NCBI RefSeq assembly: GCF_001194135.2
Contig: NC_069005.1
Location: 11,468,913 to 11,532,912 of the forward strand
Source of the DNA: Octopus bimaculoides
Lineage: Eukaryota
Length of the DNA stretch: 64,000 nt
Reading direction: 5' to 3'
Part shown: piece by piece, positions 24,361 to 36,860 of the stretch
Numbering within the stretch: position 1 is the stretch's first letter
Layout of the letters: every line of letters starts with the position of its first letter
The notes under the pieces: generated by a model
Seen by the model: only the letters and a program-made list of their open reading frames with translations
What the model was told of the DNA's origin: nothing
Database searches by the model: none
Program-made: the position numbers and the translations under genes

Positions 24361-25984
24361 TTCGTCATTCTTGAGAAAGAAGGAAAATCAGGACTGATAC
24401 CGCTTCCACCTCGCTATCACCTTTCACACGCAACGTAATTGATTTTGCATTCTGCTCTTTTGCATTTTATTTCTTATGTTTAATATTTTATCTTTTGTTG
24501 TTTCAGTCAAAGTTATTTCGTCGAACAAATCGATTCCAGTAATTATTCAACAAAGAAAAATCTGGTCCTCATTCTTTCGGCCTCTTATATCAAACTGCTA
24601 AATTCCGGGTACGTAAACAAACCAGCATCGGTTGCCAATCGGCAGGGGGGGAGCCTAAGTCCAGGCACGCACACACACACACATACTCAACACACACGTG
24701 CACGTGCACGCGCATACACACATACATATATGTAAATTGATTATTAGCAGTATTACCACCAAGAGGTAACCCTTATATCCAACATAACTTGGATAATTTG
24801 TTAGAACACCGAATACTGCGTTATTAGCCTTGAGAGAAACTCTCATATAGGCATTTAGTACATGAAAGCACACACACGTAGATTGTAGCAGATGAGAATC
24901 GTCTGTCAAGGACGCCGGAGCTTCCACGTTACGTGATATTATTCGAGAGGCAATTATCAGTGGGAGGTGTCCGGTCACCGTATGCCAGACAAATCTCGCT
25001 GCTACGAAATATAGAAATATAGAGTATAATATGTTGGTATCAGCATCTGTTCAGACTTCCATACCCCAAAAATTTAACAAGCTTATTAGAAACCAACAAT
25101 TAGCGACGGTAATAGTATTAATACTAAATGGTAATTTTTTGTATCTAACTTAACGTGGATACCTTGCCAGAACAATGAACACTGTGTTTTTAACCTTAAA
25201 AGATACTCTCATATAAGCGCCTGGTGCATAAAAGCAGGCAAATAGATTGTAATAGATAAGAATCGTTCGTCATAGGCGCCGGAACTCCCATATCACTTCA
25301 TTTCATTCTAATGTAAATCGTTTTCCACACAATTTTCGTCTACCAAATCAACTGACAAGGCACTGGTCAGTCTGGGGCTATAGTAGAAGACACGTGCCTA
25401 AAATACCGTGCACTAGAACTGAACTTGAAACCACGTAGCTGCAAAGTGATCTACATAACTACTTAGTGTGCCTTTATTCATAGATCCGAAAAAATTAAAG
25501 GCACAAATAACCTCGGCGGGATTTGAAATCAGAACGCAGGGCACCAGAAACGATACAAACAGTCAACTCACTGTCCAGTTTGCCACCTCAATGTAGTGGA
25601 TCCCCTTCGGTTTAAACGATCTGAATTAAATTACCTGCTCCTGAAGTAACATGTCTGTTGCTGAGTACTTCACAGACACTCTAATGCAGAATTAGGACGA
25701 TACAGTATGCGAGAAATCTGTGTCTTTTGAATTATAGGTACAATCCCACTCAAGGATTTCTATATAGTTTCCGTCTACCCTAATTCGATCACAAAGTTAT
25801 GGGTCCACCCGAAGATTTAGAAAAATTACACTTGTCCCAAGATACTGTCATGCACAATGGAATCGATCCTGAAAACCTGATTGCACAGCGACCTGTTTAG
25901 ATAAACCATTCGTCTAGACTGGGCTTGTAACCTCACAATAAATTAGTGAGAGAAGTAAAAAGAAAAAAAGACAAAAGGTAACAT

Positions 25985-26460
25985 TACAGAGTTGCAATGT
26001 TTTTAACGAGAAAGTTGGTGAGTTGGCAGAAACATTAGATCGTTGGGCAAAATGCTTCGCGTTATTTCGTCTGTCTTTACGGTCCGAGTTCAAATTCCGC
26101 CGAGATCGACTTTGCCTTTCATCGTTTCGGGGTGGATAAATTAAGTACCAGTTGTGCATTGGTGTCGATCTAATCGACTGGCCCCCTCCCCAAAAATTTC
26201 GGACTCTTGTGCCTAGGGTAGAAAAGAATATTTTTTACGAGAGAAAGATGGTAACGTAGCAGAGTCGTTAGCACGCCGGGCAAAATGCTTAACGGTATTT
26301 CGTCCTCTGTACGATCTGAGTTCAAATTCCGCTGCGGTCGACTTTGCCTTTCATCTTTTAGTGATCGATAAAATAAATACCAGTTAAGCACTGGGGTCGA
26401 TGTAATCAACTTACTCTTCCCTGAATTTGCTGGCTATGTGCCAAAATTTAAAATCAGTAC
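25985..26460 (+). mobile_element. Two tandem SINE family 1 copies
   Basis: Two units each with gagttcaaattccgc, gactttgcctttcatc, aagtaccagtt, gtcgat(c/g)taatc(g/a)act. Confidence 0.85.
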
Positions 26461-26799
26461 CTTTTAGTAGAGAGAGCAAGAGAGAGCGAGTGAGAGAGAG
26501 AGGTTAGGAAAGAGCGATTGAGAAATAGAGAGAACGAGTGGATCAGAAAGAGGGAGTAAATGAAAGAGGGAGTAAATGAAAGAGAGGGGCTAGAAAGACA
26601 GAGTGTGTTTCTGAGAGAGAGAGAGAAAGAGTGCGAGAGAGAAAGAGATGGAGAGGGAGAGAGACCCATCCTTCAACTAATATTCAGCTGTTTCAATATT
26701 TAGGATTCACGCAGAGCTTGTTTCTTTCATATGGAATTTGCCACCTCATTTCCGATTATTTAACGTCAAAACATAACAGTGTTTAAGTTATGTCATAAA

Positions 26800-26836
<37 letters not shown>

Positions 26837-26962
26837 CACATATGTATAATGTTAACTTACATATATACATACACACCTACATACTTATGTACGTAAATAT
26901 GTGTATATATACATACAAATATAAATACATGCATACATTTAAACATACATACATATATGTAA

Positions 26963-27112
26963 AGGCGCAGGCGTTACTGTGCGGTAAGAAGCTTGCTTCC
27001 CAACCACATGGTCCCCGAGTTCAGTCCCACTGCGTGGAAACTTGGGTACGTAGCCCCGAGCTGACCAAATCCTTACTAGTGGAATTGGTACATGGAAACT
27101 GAAAGGAGTCCG

Positions 27113-27115
<3 letters not shown>
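26963..27115 (+). mobile_element. CORE-like SINE (family 3)
   Basis: gtgcggtaagaagcttgcttcccaaccacatggt...agttcagtcccactgcgtgg head. Other copies at ~25330-25445(-), 27390-27500(-), 28660-28810(-), 44290-44420(-), 56780-56960(-), 61490-61650(-), 63350-63510(-), 63893-64000(+); several carry the CORE-like gcaccttgggcaagtgtctt. Confidence 0.7.
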
Positions 27116-27177
<62 letters not shown>

Positions 27178-28621
27178 TATATATATATATACAAAGATTC
27201 ACACAATTATTTCAGCGGTCCTTAAAGTTTTTCTAAGCCTTGTAAATGAACTCGGAAAATTGAGTCTCCAACCGGGCCTTTCACGACACCCTTTAAAGCC
27301 AGGACTCCACTTCGTTTACACTATGTACAAAGTATTGAGTAATTCTTCGGTTTAATCCTAATTGTCAACAGTAGTTTCTGCTTACTAAGTTCACTTGTAT
27401 GGCATTGTTAGACCCGGGGCTAAAGTAGTAGAAAGATACCTGTTCAAGTTATTCACAGAGAAACAGAAGCCCAAACCAAGCAGTTGCGAAGCGAGCTTCT
27501 TTACTATACAGCGACCTCTCGTCTTATACAATATTTGTGCATCTGTGAGTATGTGTGTACACATGTTTATACACACACACACATCTGTGTCTATACTGGT
27601 GCGTGTATATATGTGTGTGTGTGTAAATATATATATACATACATGGCTACCATATAGCATCATAAATCAGAAAGTGACGCATTATAACCAAAAGCTGGCA
27701 GTTTGTCTTCTTTTGATGTCACCAGTGAAGGGAAAAAGAGATATTTACTTTTAAACGTTACACACGGTTGTTTATGTGTTTTCATCTACCGTGCTGTCAC
27801 TACACACCATCTGGTATCTAGTGTCGATACTGTTTAGCAAACAGAAATTGTGCAGAAACTGGAACGTACAAGGTGGTGTTGGGGATGTTCCAGTGCTTCA
27901 ACCCTTGATAATTTTTCCTCTTCATATAAAAGTGTTCTTTCTCATCCTAACGACTGGCCCTTCTCTTTAGAGTCAGAAGATATTTCAGCCCCTTTCTGCA
28001 TCACTAAATAATTGCCATTCTTCAAAGCTTAAGTGAGGCCTGATGCACCGATAAGAACAAAGAAGGAGGGAGGGAATAATAAACTTCGTGCTAGTTCCTC
28101 GGTTAACTTTGTAGTTCTCCAGCAGACAAAAGGCATAAAAGGAGATTGCAACAAACAGTGGAGGCAATCTTGAAGAGAGACTAAAGTGAAACAAAAGTTG
28201 CGTTGAAGCTCTTGTATGCAGCTCTTGTATTTAAAAACCCTCTGAAGTATACTTTAAAGCCTACTATGAAGCATTACTTCTACAACTGCGATAGCGCTTT
28301 TAAGAAAGTGCCACCCTACTGACCACCGGTGGGCTGGTTGATATAAAATCACAGACATGCTCCTGTTTCTGCTTCACAAGCGTAGTGCGTTGTCCTCTTC
28401 CTATTTGTTATATCGATTCTATAACGACCTGTGCTTCCAAGAAGCAGACCGGATTCATTCTACTTCCGTTCAGATATTTCTGACTCACCCATCTCGTCTC
28501 ACTTTACTCTTTGTTGTATTCAAGTTCGTCACTCACTGCAACATCCAATCTTTGATTCTTGGGACGTTAGCTCCGAGAACCCAGTTATGTGACGTCTTGG
28601 CACAGCTGTTAGGGGAGAAAT

Positions 28622-28656
<35 letters not shown>

Positions 28657-29529
28657 CACACGACGGGCTTCTTACAGTTTCTGTTTGCCAAATCCACTCA
28701 CAAGGCTTAGTAGAAAACACTAACTCAAAGTTGCAAAGCAGTGGGACTGAACCCAGAACCCGGAACTATGTATTGGGAAGCAATCTTCTTGCTACACACC
28801 CACGCCTGCGCCATTTAAATTATATTATTTTTTAATATATATATTTTCATCTCTCCTTGTGAAGTATTAATGAATAGAAGGTTAAATGATTAAGCACGAT
28901 ATGAATACAAATAGATTGGTTAGATGAAAGAGAAAATTAAAAGCGTGACACTATTTTAAAATTTTATCTGCAACACATAATTGTTGCTGTTGTAACTATT
29001 GTTCATAGAGTCGTTGCTTATCCCCGCGTCAGCTCCGATCCAGCATCAACTGTATACCTTTAATCAAACGCATTGCAACCATAATGATTCCATCTTATTT
29101 TCACGCATAATACATCTCACACTATCTTATTTAATATGTTTCTCTTTTAAAAATTGACTAGATATATTATTCGAGAAAGTACTTTGCAGATACTATTTGT
29201 ATGTATTGCCTCAGGTGTCGATTGCTTGGAATGGGGATGACAAAGACAAATGCAATACCAAAATAACAAGACAATGAATTGGAATAAAGGGGTGTGCATT
29301 TGCTGAATTACACTTGATCAGTATGTGGTCAGATGAAATAATTTTAAGAACAAGACTCTGGAAAAGGGTTAAGAGCAGTTGACAAATAAAGAAAAGCAAG
29401 CTGCAACGGATGAAACAAAAGAGAAAGCAAAACAAAACAATACAAAAAGCAACAATAAAACAAAAATGTTATCCAGGTCGGTAGATAGAGATAACGGTTT
29501 CCGATTTTAGTGCGACGTCAGCAATTTTA

Positions 29530-30300
29530 AAGGGTTGGGTGAATCGATTATATGAATCCCAGTGCTGAACTGGTATTTATTCTATCGACCTGGAAAGGAT
29601 GAAAGGTAAAGTTGTACTAGGCGGGATTTGAACTTATAACGTAAACTGCCAGAATAAATACCGTGTAGTCTGACACGCTAACGATTCTGTCTGATCAACA
29701 TGTTTAATTATTTCAAATTTAGGTACACGACTAGCAAATATAAAGGAGGGGAGGGTCGATTATAACAATCACAATACACAACTGGTACCTATTATATCGG
29801 CCCAGAAACGATGAAAAGCTAAGTCGACCTCGGCGGTATTTGAACTCAGAACGTAAAGAGCCGGAAGAAATGCTTCTAAGTATTTTGTCCGACGCGCTAA
29901 CGATTCTTCCTGTTCGCCGTGTTAAAGCTTGTTCTGAGTTCAAATTCCGCCAGGGTCCGATTTTACCTTTCATCATTTCGGAGTCGATAAATTAAGTACC
30001 AGTTGCGTACTGGGGTCGGTCTAATCGACTAGCCTCTACCCCAAAAATGTCGAGCCTTGTGCCGAGAGTAGAAAAGGATAAATTAAGTACCAGTGAAACA
30101 TTGGGGTCGATGTAATCAATTAGTGCCCTTCCCCAATATTTCAAGACCTTGTGCCTTGAAAAGAAAAGAAAAAAATTCGTTCTAAAATAAGCACAAATTC
30201 TTAAATATTTTAGTAGGGGGCATATCAATTACATCGACTCCAGTACTCAACTGGTACTTACACTTATTTTATCGATCCCGAAAGGAGTAAAGACAAAATC
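29530..30300. mobile_element. Cluster of SINE family 1 copies in both orientations
   Basis: Antisense copies at 29530-29700 and 29714-29910, sense copy at 29928-30140, antisense fragment at 30215-30300. Confidence 0.85.
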
Positions 30301-30865
30301 NNNNNNNNNNNNNNNNNNNNNNNNNNNNNNNNNNNNNNNNNNNNNNNNNNNNNNNNNNNNNNNNNNNNNNNNNNNNNNNNNNNNNNNNNNNNNNNNNNNN
30401 NNNNNNNNNNNNNNNNNNNNNNNNNNNNNNNNNNNNNNNNNNNNNNNNNNNNNNNNNNNNNNNNNNNNNNNNNNNNNNNNNNNNNNNNNNNNNNNNNNNN
30501 NNNNNNNNNNNNNNNNNNNNNNNNNNNNNNNNNNNNNNNNNNNNNNNNNNNNNNNNNNNNNNNNNNNNNNNNNNNNNNNNNNNNNNNNNNNNNNNNNNNN
30601 NNNNNNNNNNNNNNNNNNNNNNNNNNNNNNNNNNNNNNNNNNNNNNNNNNNNNNNNNNNNNNNNNNNNNNNNNNNNNNNNNNNNNNNNNNNNNNNNNNNN
30701 NNNNNNNNNNNNNNNNNNNNNNNNNNNNNNNNNNNNNNNNNNNNNNNNNNNNNNNNNNNNNNNNNNNNNNNNNNNNNNNNNNNNNNNNNNNNNNNNNNNN
30801 NNNNNNNNNNNNNNNNNNNNNNNNNNNNNNNNNNNNNNNCATCTTGAAAGTTCTCTTTCTCATTT

Positions 30866-30910
<45 letters not shown>

Positions 30911-30970
30911 ATCTCTCTCTCCCTCTCTCTATCTCTCTCTCCAGGGACTACCGATACATACATACATACA

Positions 30971-31002
<32 letters not shown>

Positions 31003-31069
31003 CATACATATATGCAAACATACTTATATGTATACATACTTATATATATATACATAACTGACACTCCGT

Positions 31070-31375
31070 CGGTTACGACGAAGGGTGTTCCACTTGACCC
31101 CCATCAATGGAACAGCTTGCTCGTGAAATTAACATTCAAGTGGCTGAGCACTCCACAGACAAACGTACCCTTAATGTAGTTGTCAAGGAGATTCAGAATG
31201 ACACACACAATGTGACAAGGCTGACCTTTGAACAGGTCCAACTCATTTTCGCCAGCTGGGTGGAATGGAGCAACATGAAATAAAGTGTCTTGCTCGAGGA
31301 CATACGCGCTGCCGAGAATCGAACACATGACCATACAACTGTGAGTTCAATACCCTAATCACTAAGCCACACGCA
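31070..31375 (-). mobile_element. SINE family 2 copy
   Basis: Reverse complement of the 9636-10018 body (cactccgtcggttacgacg...gtggctgagcactccacagac). Confidence 0.8.
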
Positions 31376-32816
31376 GTCATACACACACACGCATTCACGC
31401 ATACACACACACACACACTCATCCATCCATCCATCCATCCATCCGTCCGCCCGTCCGTCCGTCCATCCATCCATACATACATACATATATACATATAAGC
31501 ATACATACACACGTACATATACATACATGATACAGACATACAGACATCTAGAATCATAGCTATCATATTATGTAAGGAGAGTTAATAAAACATCATGTGA
31601 TAAATGTTTAGTTTTAAATTTTAGAATAGGCTCATGACATAAGACAAGTAAATCTGTACTTACTTAACTATACTGCAATCATTTTTGAGAACTTGAAGCT
31701 ATTAAAGCAATTAGTTTTGATCTACAGTTTCGCATGTCATCAGCTGGCCCTTTTCATCATGGACAGTGCAGCGTTCATAAAACTGACAGTAAATACCCAA
31801 CGAAAGCTTCACATAGCATTCAACAGGTCATCGCCGAAGGGGAGAGAAATAGCTGCCATCCATAAATAAAAGGTTTTTTTTTTACTTATGATATACATAT
31901 TTTTTATCCTGTTAAAATTTTCAGTTTTATTGACATCATATTTCTATAGGAAGAAAAGAAAGGCAAAAAACATTAAAAGTATGAGAGTTTAAATTATCGA
32001 GAAAACAAAATCCCACGTAACTACTTCACCTATGAAAAAGAAACAAAAAGGTGCAGGATTAAGCAGCAAAAAATGGTGGGGGATGAGTTAAATTTCGCTT
32101 TATTTTTATTGTGGATAGGTTTTTTCTACCAAGATATCAACCGTAATAACAAGTTCAAAGATTCCTTAATTTTATTCTGCATTTTAGTCTATTGTGTAAG
32201 CCATGTTTATGATCTTTCAATAAAACGAAAGCTTACCTCTTCGCTAGACATTCACTTCTTTTATCTACAGGGTGTCCACAAAGCTTGGGTACATGGCGGA
32301 TTAACACATACTTTAAGAAATTATTATTTCTTATATTCAATTGTTTATGTTATGATTTTATTTACTCCAGATACCCAGACTCCATGTAAATAGAGGATCT
32401 ATGTCAGACTTTCTGTATGTATCCCTAATACTAGTAACTTATAATTTATTATGCATAACCCTACTTTGTATAGATTATTAGTCTTGTTCGAATATATAAA
32501 CTTACAATTAGTCTTTGAGTAACTGTATATCTTTTGACAGTTTAAATTGAAAATGGTTTGAGTAAGCGTACTTGATAAATTTAATCGTGGAAATAAGGTT
32601 CAGCAAAGCGGACTCGAAAGGAATATGTATGTATGTCATTGTTCAGTTTTATTTCAAGATTTCTTAGCAATAGAGAAAGAGCTGGTTTCTAAAAGGTAAA
32701 TACAAATATATTTATATACGTTTCTATATTCAACTGGAGTACATATCATGTGTCATTTCCTATGACACTCTAGGGATTCTGCCAGTTTGCTGCATATTTA
32801 GTGAGTTTTTGTTAAA

Positions 32817-32898
32817 TTCATCATGGCCATGTGGTTAAAACAGTGGACTAGAAATCCATTATGGTTTCCCCGCATAGGTTCAAATCTTACTTGTAATA
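32817..32898 (+). pseudogene. tRNA-Ser(AGA)-derived pseudogene
   Basis: ggcc-atgtggttaa...tggactAGAaatccatt..ggtttccccgc..aggttcaaatc matches eukaryotic tRNA-Ser(AGA); acceptor stem broken. Confidence 0.75.
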
Positions 32899-33312
32899 AG
32901 AAACAAATAATACTTCAGAATATATATTTTTACTCCAGAATATCTATGTTTATTTTTAACTTGTTTCATTTACTGAACTGCAGTCATGTTGGGGCACAGC
33001 CTTCAAGGGTTTAGTCAAAAAAATCAAATGACTCAAGTACTTATTCTTTTGCTGCACTCCTAAGATACTGGGATGTAGATAAACCAACACCAGTTGTCAA
33101 GTGGTGGTGGTGGACAAACAGTAAGACAAAGACATATGCACAAAAATCCATACATACATGCATTACTTATATATATTCATATATATATATATATATATAT
33201 ANNNNNNNNNNNNNNNNNNNNNNNNNNNNNNNNNNNNNNNNNNNNNNNNNNNNNNNNNNNNNNNNNNNNNNNNNNNNNNNNNNNNNNNNNNNNNNNNNNN
33301 NNNNNNNNNNNN

Positions 33313-34880
33313 GGTGTCAAGATCTTGCCAGCCATGTGCGAACTTGCCAGTCTGCCGTCCATAGCAGAGCTCACCAAGCTCACCAAATCAAGCTCCCTAG
33401 CCAGTGGCAAGGCTCCGGGAAAAGACGGCATCCCTTCAGAGATCATCAAAGCCGGCAAAAACACTGCTCTGCTTCAGAACCTTCATGAGCTTCTGTGTCA
33501 GTGGTGAGAAGAGGGTACAGTCTCTCAGGATATGCGGGATGCTAACATCATTACGCTTTACAAAAACAAAGGTGACCGTGGCGATTGCAACAATTACCGC
33601 GGAATATCTCTTCTCAGCACTGTTGGGAAGACCTTTGCCCGCGTAATCCTGTCCAGGCTACATCTGCTTTCTTCTCGAATTTATCCAGAATCGCAGTGTG
33701 GCTTTAGAAGAAGCATATCAACTATTGACATGATATTCTCCATACTCCAGCTTCAGAAGAAGTCCAGAGAGCAGAAAATGCCATAATATATGGCCTTCAT
33801 TGATCTGACAAAGGCCTTTGACTTGGTCAGTAGAAAAGCCTCTTCCTCCTGCTTCAAAATATTGGATGTCCACCAAAGCTGCTGAGGATCATCGAATCTT
33901 TCCATGATGATATGCAAGGCACCATACAGCACATTGGTTCAACATCAGCCGCCTTCTAAATAAAGAACGGGGTAAAGCAAGGCTGTATCTTTGCTCCTAC
34001 ATTATTTGGTATCTTCTTCTCGCTGCTGTTGTCACATGCCTTCGAGACATCAGATGATGGAGTGTTTCTTCACAGTAGAAGTGACGGGAAACTGTTCAAT
34101 CTCCCGCGTGTGCGTGCCAAGACCAAAATCAGAAACGTCCTGATCAAGATGTTCTTCGCTGATGATGTTGCTCTGGAATCACACTCAGAAGAAGTCCTGC
34201 AAAGGCTCATCAACTGCTTTGAGCAAGCATGTAGAGACTTTGGCTTAGTTATCAGCCTCAAGAAGACCAACATCATGGGTCAGGCTACATCGCACATCCC
34301 AAACATACATATTGGAGACCACAGACTGCGAGAAGTAGAGAAGTTTACTTATCTTGGCTCTAACCTACAACCTATCCCTTGATGCCGAGCTCAATATTCA
34401 CATTGGCAAGGCAGCTGCTGCGGTGATAGTCCGACTCTCCAAGCGGGTATGGGACAACAACAAACTGATGAAGACCACAAAAATGAAGCTTTACCAGGCA
34501 TGTGTACTTAACACTCTATTGCATGGCAGTGAAACCTGGACGCTATACACACGCCAAGAGCGTCGCCTAAATATCTTTCACTTGCGCTGCCTCCAGAAAA
34601 TCCTTGGCATCAAATGGCAGGATCGTGCCCCAACAAAGGTGTCTCTCAAGCAAGCAGGAATACCAAGCATGTTTGCATCCTCACACAAAGACGTATGAGA
34701 TGGCTTGGACATGTTAGTCGCATGGAAGATGGCAGAATCTCCAAGGACATACTCTAGGGAGAGCTTGCTAGGGGCACTAGGTCTGTTAGAAGACCATTCT
34801 TACGGTACAAGGATGTCTGCAAAAGGGTCATGAAAGGCCTGCGACATCAGTATTAGGAACTGGGAAGCGTTTGCCAGCAA
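33313..34880 (+). mobile_element. RTE-clade LINE reverse transcriptase pseudogene
   Basis: KAPGKDGIP, DANIITLYKNKGDRGDCNNYRGISLLS, YPESQCGFR, FFADDVAL, EKFTYLGS, LLHGSETW; stops and frameshifts. Confidence 0.95.
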
Positions 34881-34912
34881 CCGTGGAGATTGCCAAAATT
34901 TGAAACCATATA

Positions 34913-35271
34913 CAGTATCTCACAGAAGTATGTACACCCCTAAAATATTTCAGGAAAATTGCCATCACTCTGATAATATCAAGGGAAATCAAACAAAATT
35001 TATGTTGATTAAAAGTATATTATACATGCTAACATTACACAAATTTGGAACATAAAGCAATAAACATTTTTAAAGATATAAACGAAATATTTATTTTCAA
35101 ACGTTACAAAAATATGTACACCCTAAATGAGAATTTGCCATATTCATTATTTCTTCCAGATATTGTTGATAATTTCAATTCTAATAAATTATTTATTTTC
35201 AAACGTTACAAAAATATGTACACCCTAAATGAGAATTTGCCATATTCATTATTTCTTCCAGATATTGTTGA
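34913..35271 (+). mobile_element. Left end (TIR plus 5' region) of a Tc1 element
   Basis: TA|CAGTATCTCACAGAAGTATGTACACCCC; same family as the right TIR at 23020-23113. Confidence 0.8.
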
Positions 35272-36087
35272 NNNNNNNNNNNNNNNNNNNNNNNNNNNNN
35301 NNNNNNNNNNNNNNNNNNNNNNNNNNNNNNNNNNNNNNNNNNNNNNNNNNNNNNNNNNNNNNNNNNNNNNNNNNNNNNNNNNNNNNNNNNNNNNNNNNNN
35401 NNNNNNNNNNNNNNNNNNNNNNNNNNNNNNNNNNNNNNNNNNNNNNNNNNNNNNNNNNNNNNNNNNNNNNNNNNNNNNNNNNNNNNNNNNNNNNNNNNNN
35501 NNNNNNNNNNNNNNNNNNNNNNNNNNNNNNNNNNNNNNNNNNNNNNNNNNNNNNNNNNNNNNNNNNNNNNNNNNNNNNNNNNNNNNNNNNNNNNNNNNNN
35601 NNNNNNNNNNNNNNNNNNNNNNNNNNNNNNNNNNNNNNNNNNNNNNNNNNNNNNNNNNNNNNNNNNNNNNNNNNNNNNNNNNNNNNNNNNNNNNNNNNNN
35701 NNNNNNNNNNNNNNNNNNNNNNNNNNNNNNNNNNNNNNNNNNNNNNNNNNNNNNNNNNNNNNNNNNNNNNNNNNNNNNNNNNNNNNNNNNNNNNNNNNNN
35801 NNNNNNNNNNNNNNNNNNNNNNNNNNNNNNNNNNNNNNNNNNNNNNNNNNNNNNNNNNNNNNNNNNNNNNNNNNNNNNNNNNNNNNNNNNNNNNNNNNNN
35901 NNNNNNNNNNNNNNNNNNNNNNNNNNNNNNNNNNNNNNNNNNNNNNNNNNNNNNNNNNNNNNNNNNNNNNNNNNNNNNNNNNNNNNNNNNNNNNNNNNNN
36001 NNNNNNNNNNNNNNNNNNNNNNNNNNNNNNNNNNNNNNNNNNNNNNNNNNNNNNNNNNNNNNNNNNNNNNNNNNNNNNNNNNNNGAT

Positions 36088-36317
36088 ATAAGCTTCTGCT
36101 TATTCCTGTCTGAAGTATCGTCCGATACTTCAGACTTATCGTCCGATGAATTTACTTTGTTGACATTCTTCATCGACAGAATTTTTATTCCTTTCAACCT
36201 TTCAGTCAAGTCCGCCTTTCTTCCAGTAACATACTGTCCGTATAATCTTAAATATTTCTTTAACTCAGGCACAGTAAATACTTCGATAGCTGAACCATCA
36301 AGCTGCTTTATATCCAT
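36088..36317 (-). CDS. N-terminal fragment of a SAP-domain protein (3' part lost in gap)
   Basis: MDIKQLDGSAIEVFTVPELKKYLRLYGQYVTGRKADLTERLKG matches the SAP consensus (TV.ELK..L...G...TGRKA.L.ERL); no stop before the gap. Confidence 0.75.
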
Positions 36318-36457
36318 GATAAGACGTAAAACAATAACAATGGCGTGGGTAGTCTCCGAAAGTTTAATTATCTACATGGAGCGCCGCCTAGCCAAGGAAG
36401 ATAACCTACTTATAGGAAAGCCCTATACCCTGGGTGAAAATCTTCATTGTGATTGAA

Positions 36458-36860
36458 ATGGCACCAAAGGAAAAAGAATTGTCTGAAGATTTGAAGAAAA
36501 TTATTTTTAATTTGCACAAGAATCGTTTAAGATACAATTTAATTAGTAAACGAATATATATATATTAGCGTAAACACAGTTGCCAAAGTAATTCAGAAGT
36601 ACAAAGCTAATGGACGGCTAAGCAATAAACATCGTCCAGGTCGTTCATCTATTTTAACTGCACTTCATATTCGCCACTTCCAACGTTGCGTGATGGACGA
36701 CAGGCATCGTCCCGCTTCATCTTTGGCTCAAGAAATATTTTCTGTTAGTAGAAAGAGTGTTTCCGTCGAAAGAGTTCGCCGAAGTTTGAATCAGTATAGT
36801 CTTCATGGATGCATTCCTCGTAGGAAGCCTCTCCTCAATACCAGACATGTGTGTTTGCCT
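36458..36860 (+). mobile_element. Tc1 transposase N-terminal (HTH) pseudogene, 3'-truncated
   Basis: MAPKEKELSEDLKKII...(frameshift)ISVNTVAKVIQKYK...RPGRS...VSVERVRRSLNQYSLHGCIPRRKPLL. Confidence 0.9.

Noticed and set aside
28537-28605. Assignment of the PRRH...ELT exon candidate to GALT/HIT
   Set aside because: The similarity is ~15 aa only, downstream residues and recalled intron positions do not match, and no other exons were found.
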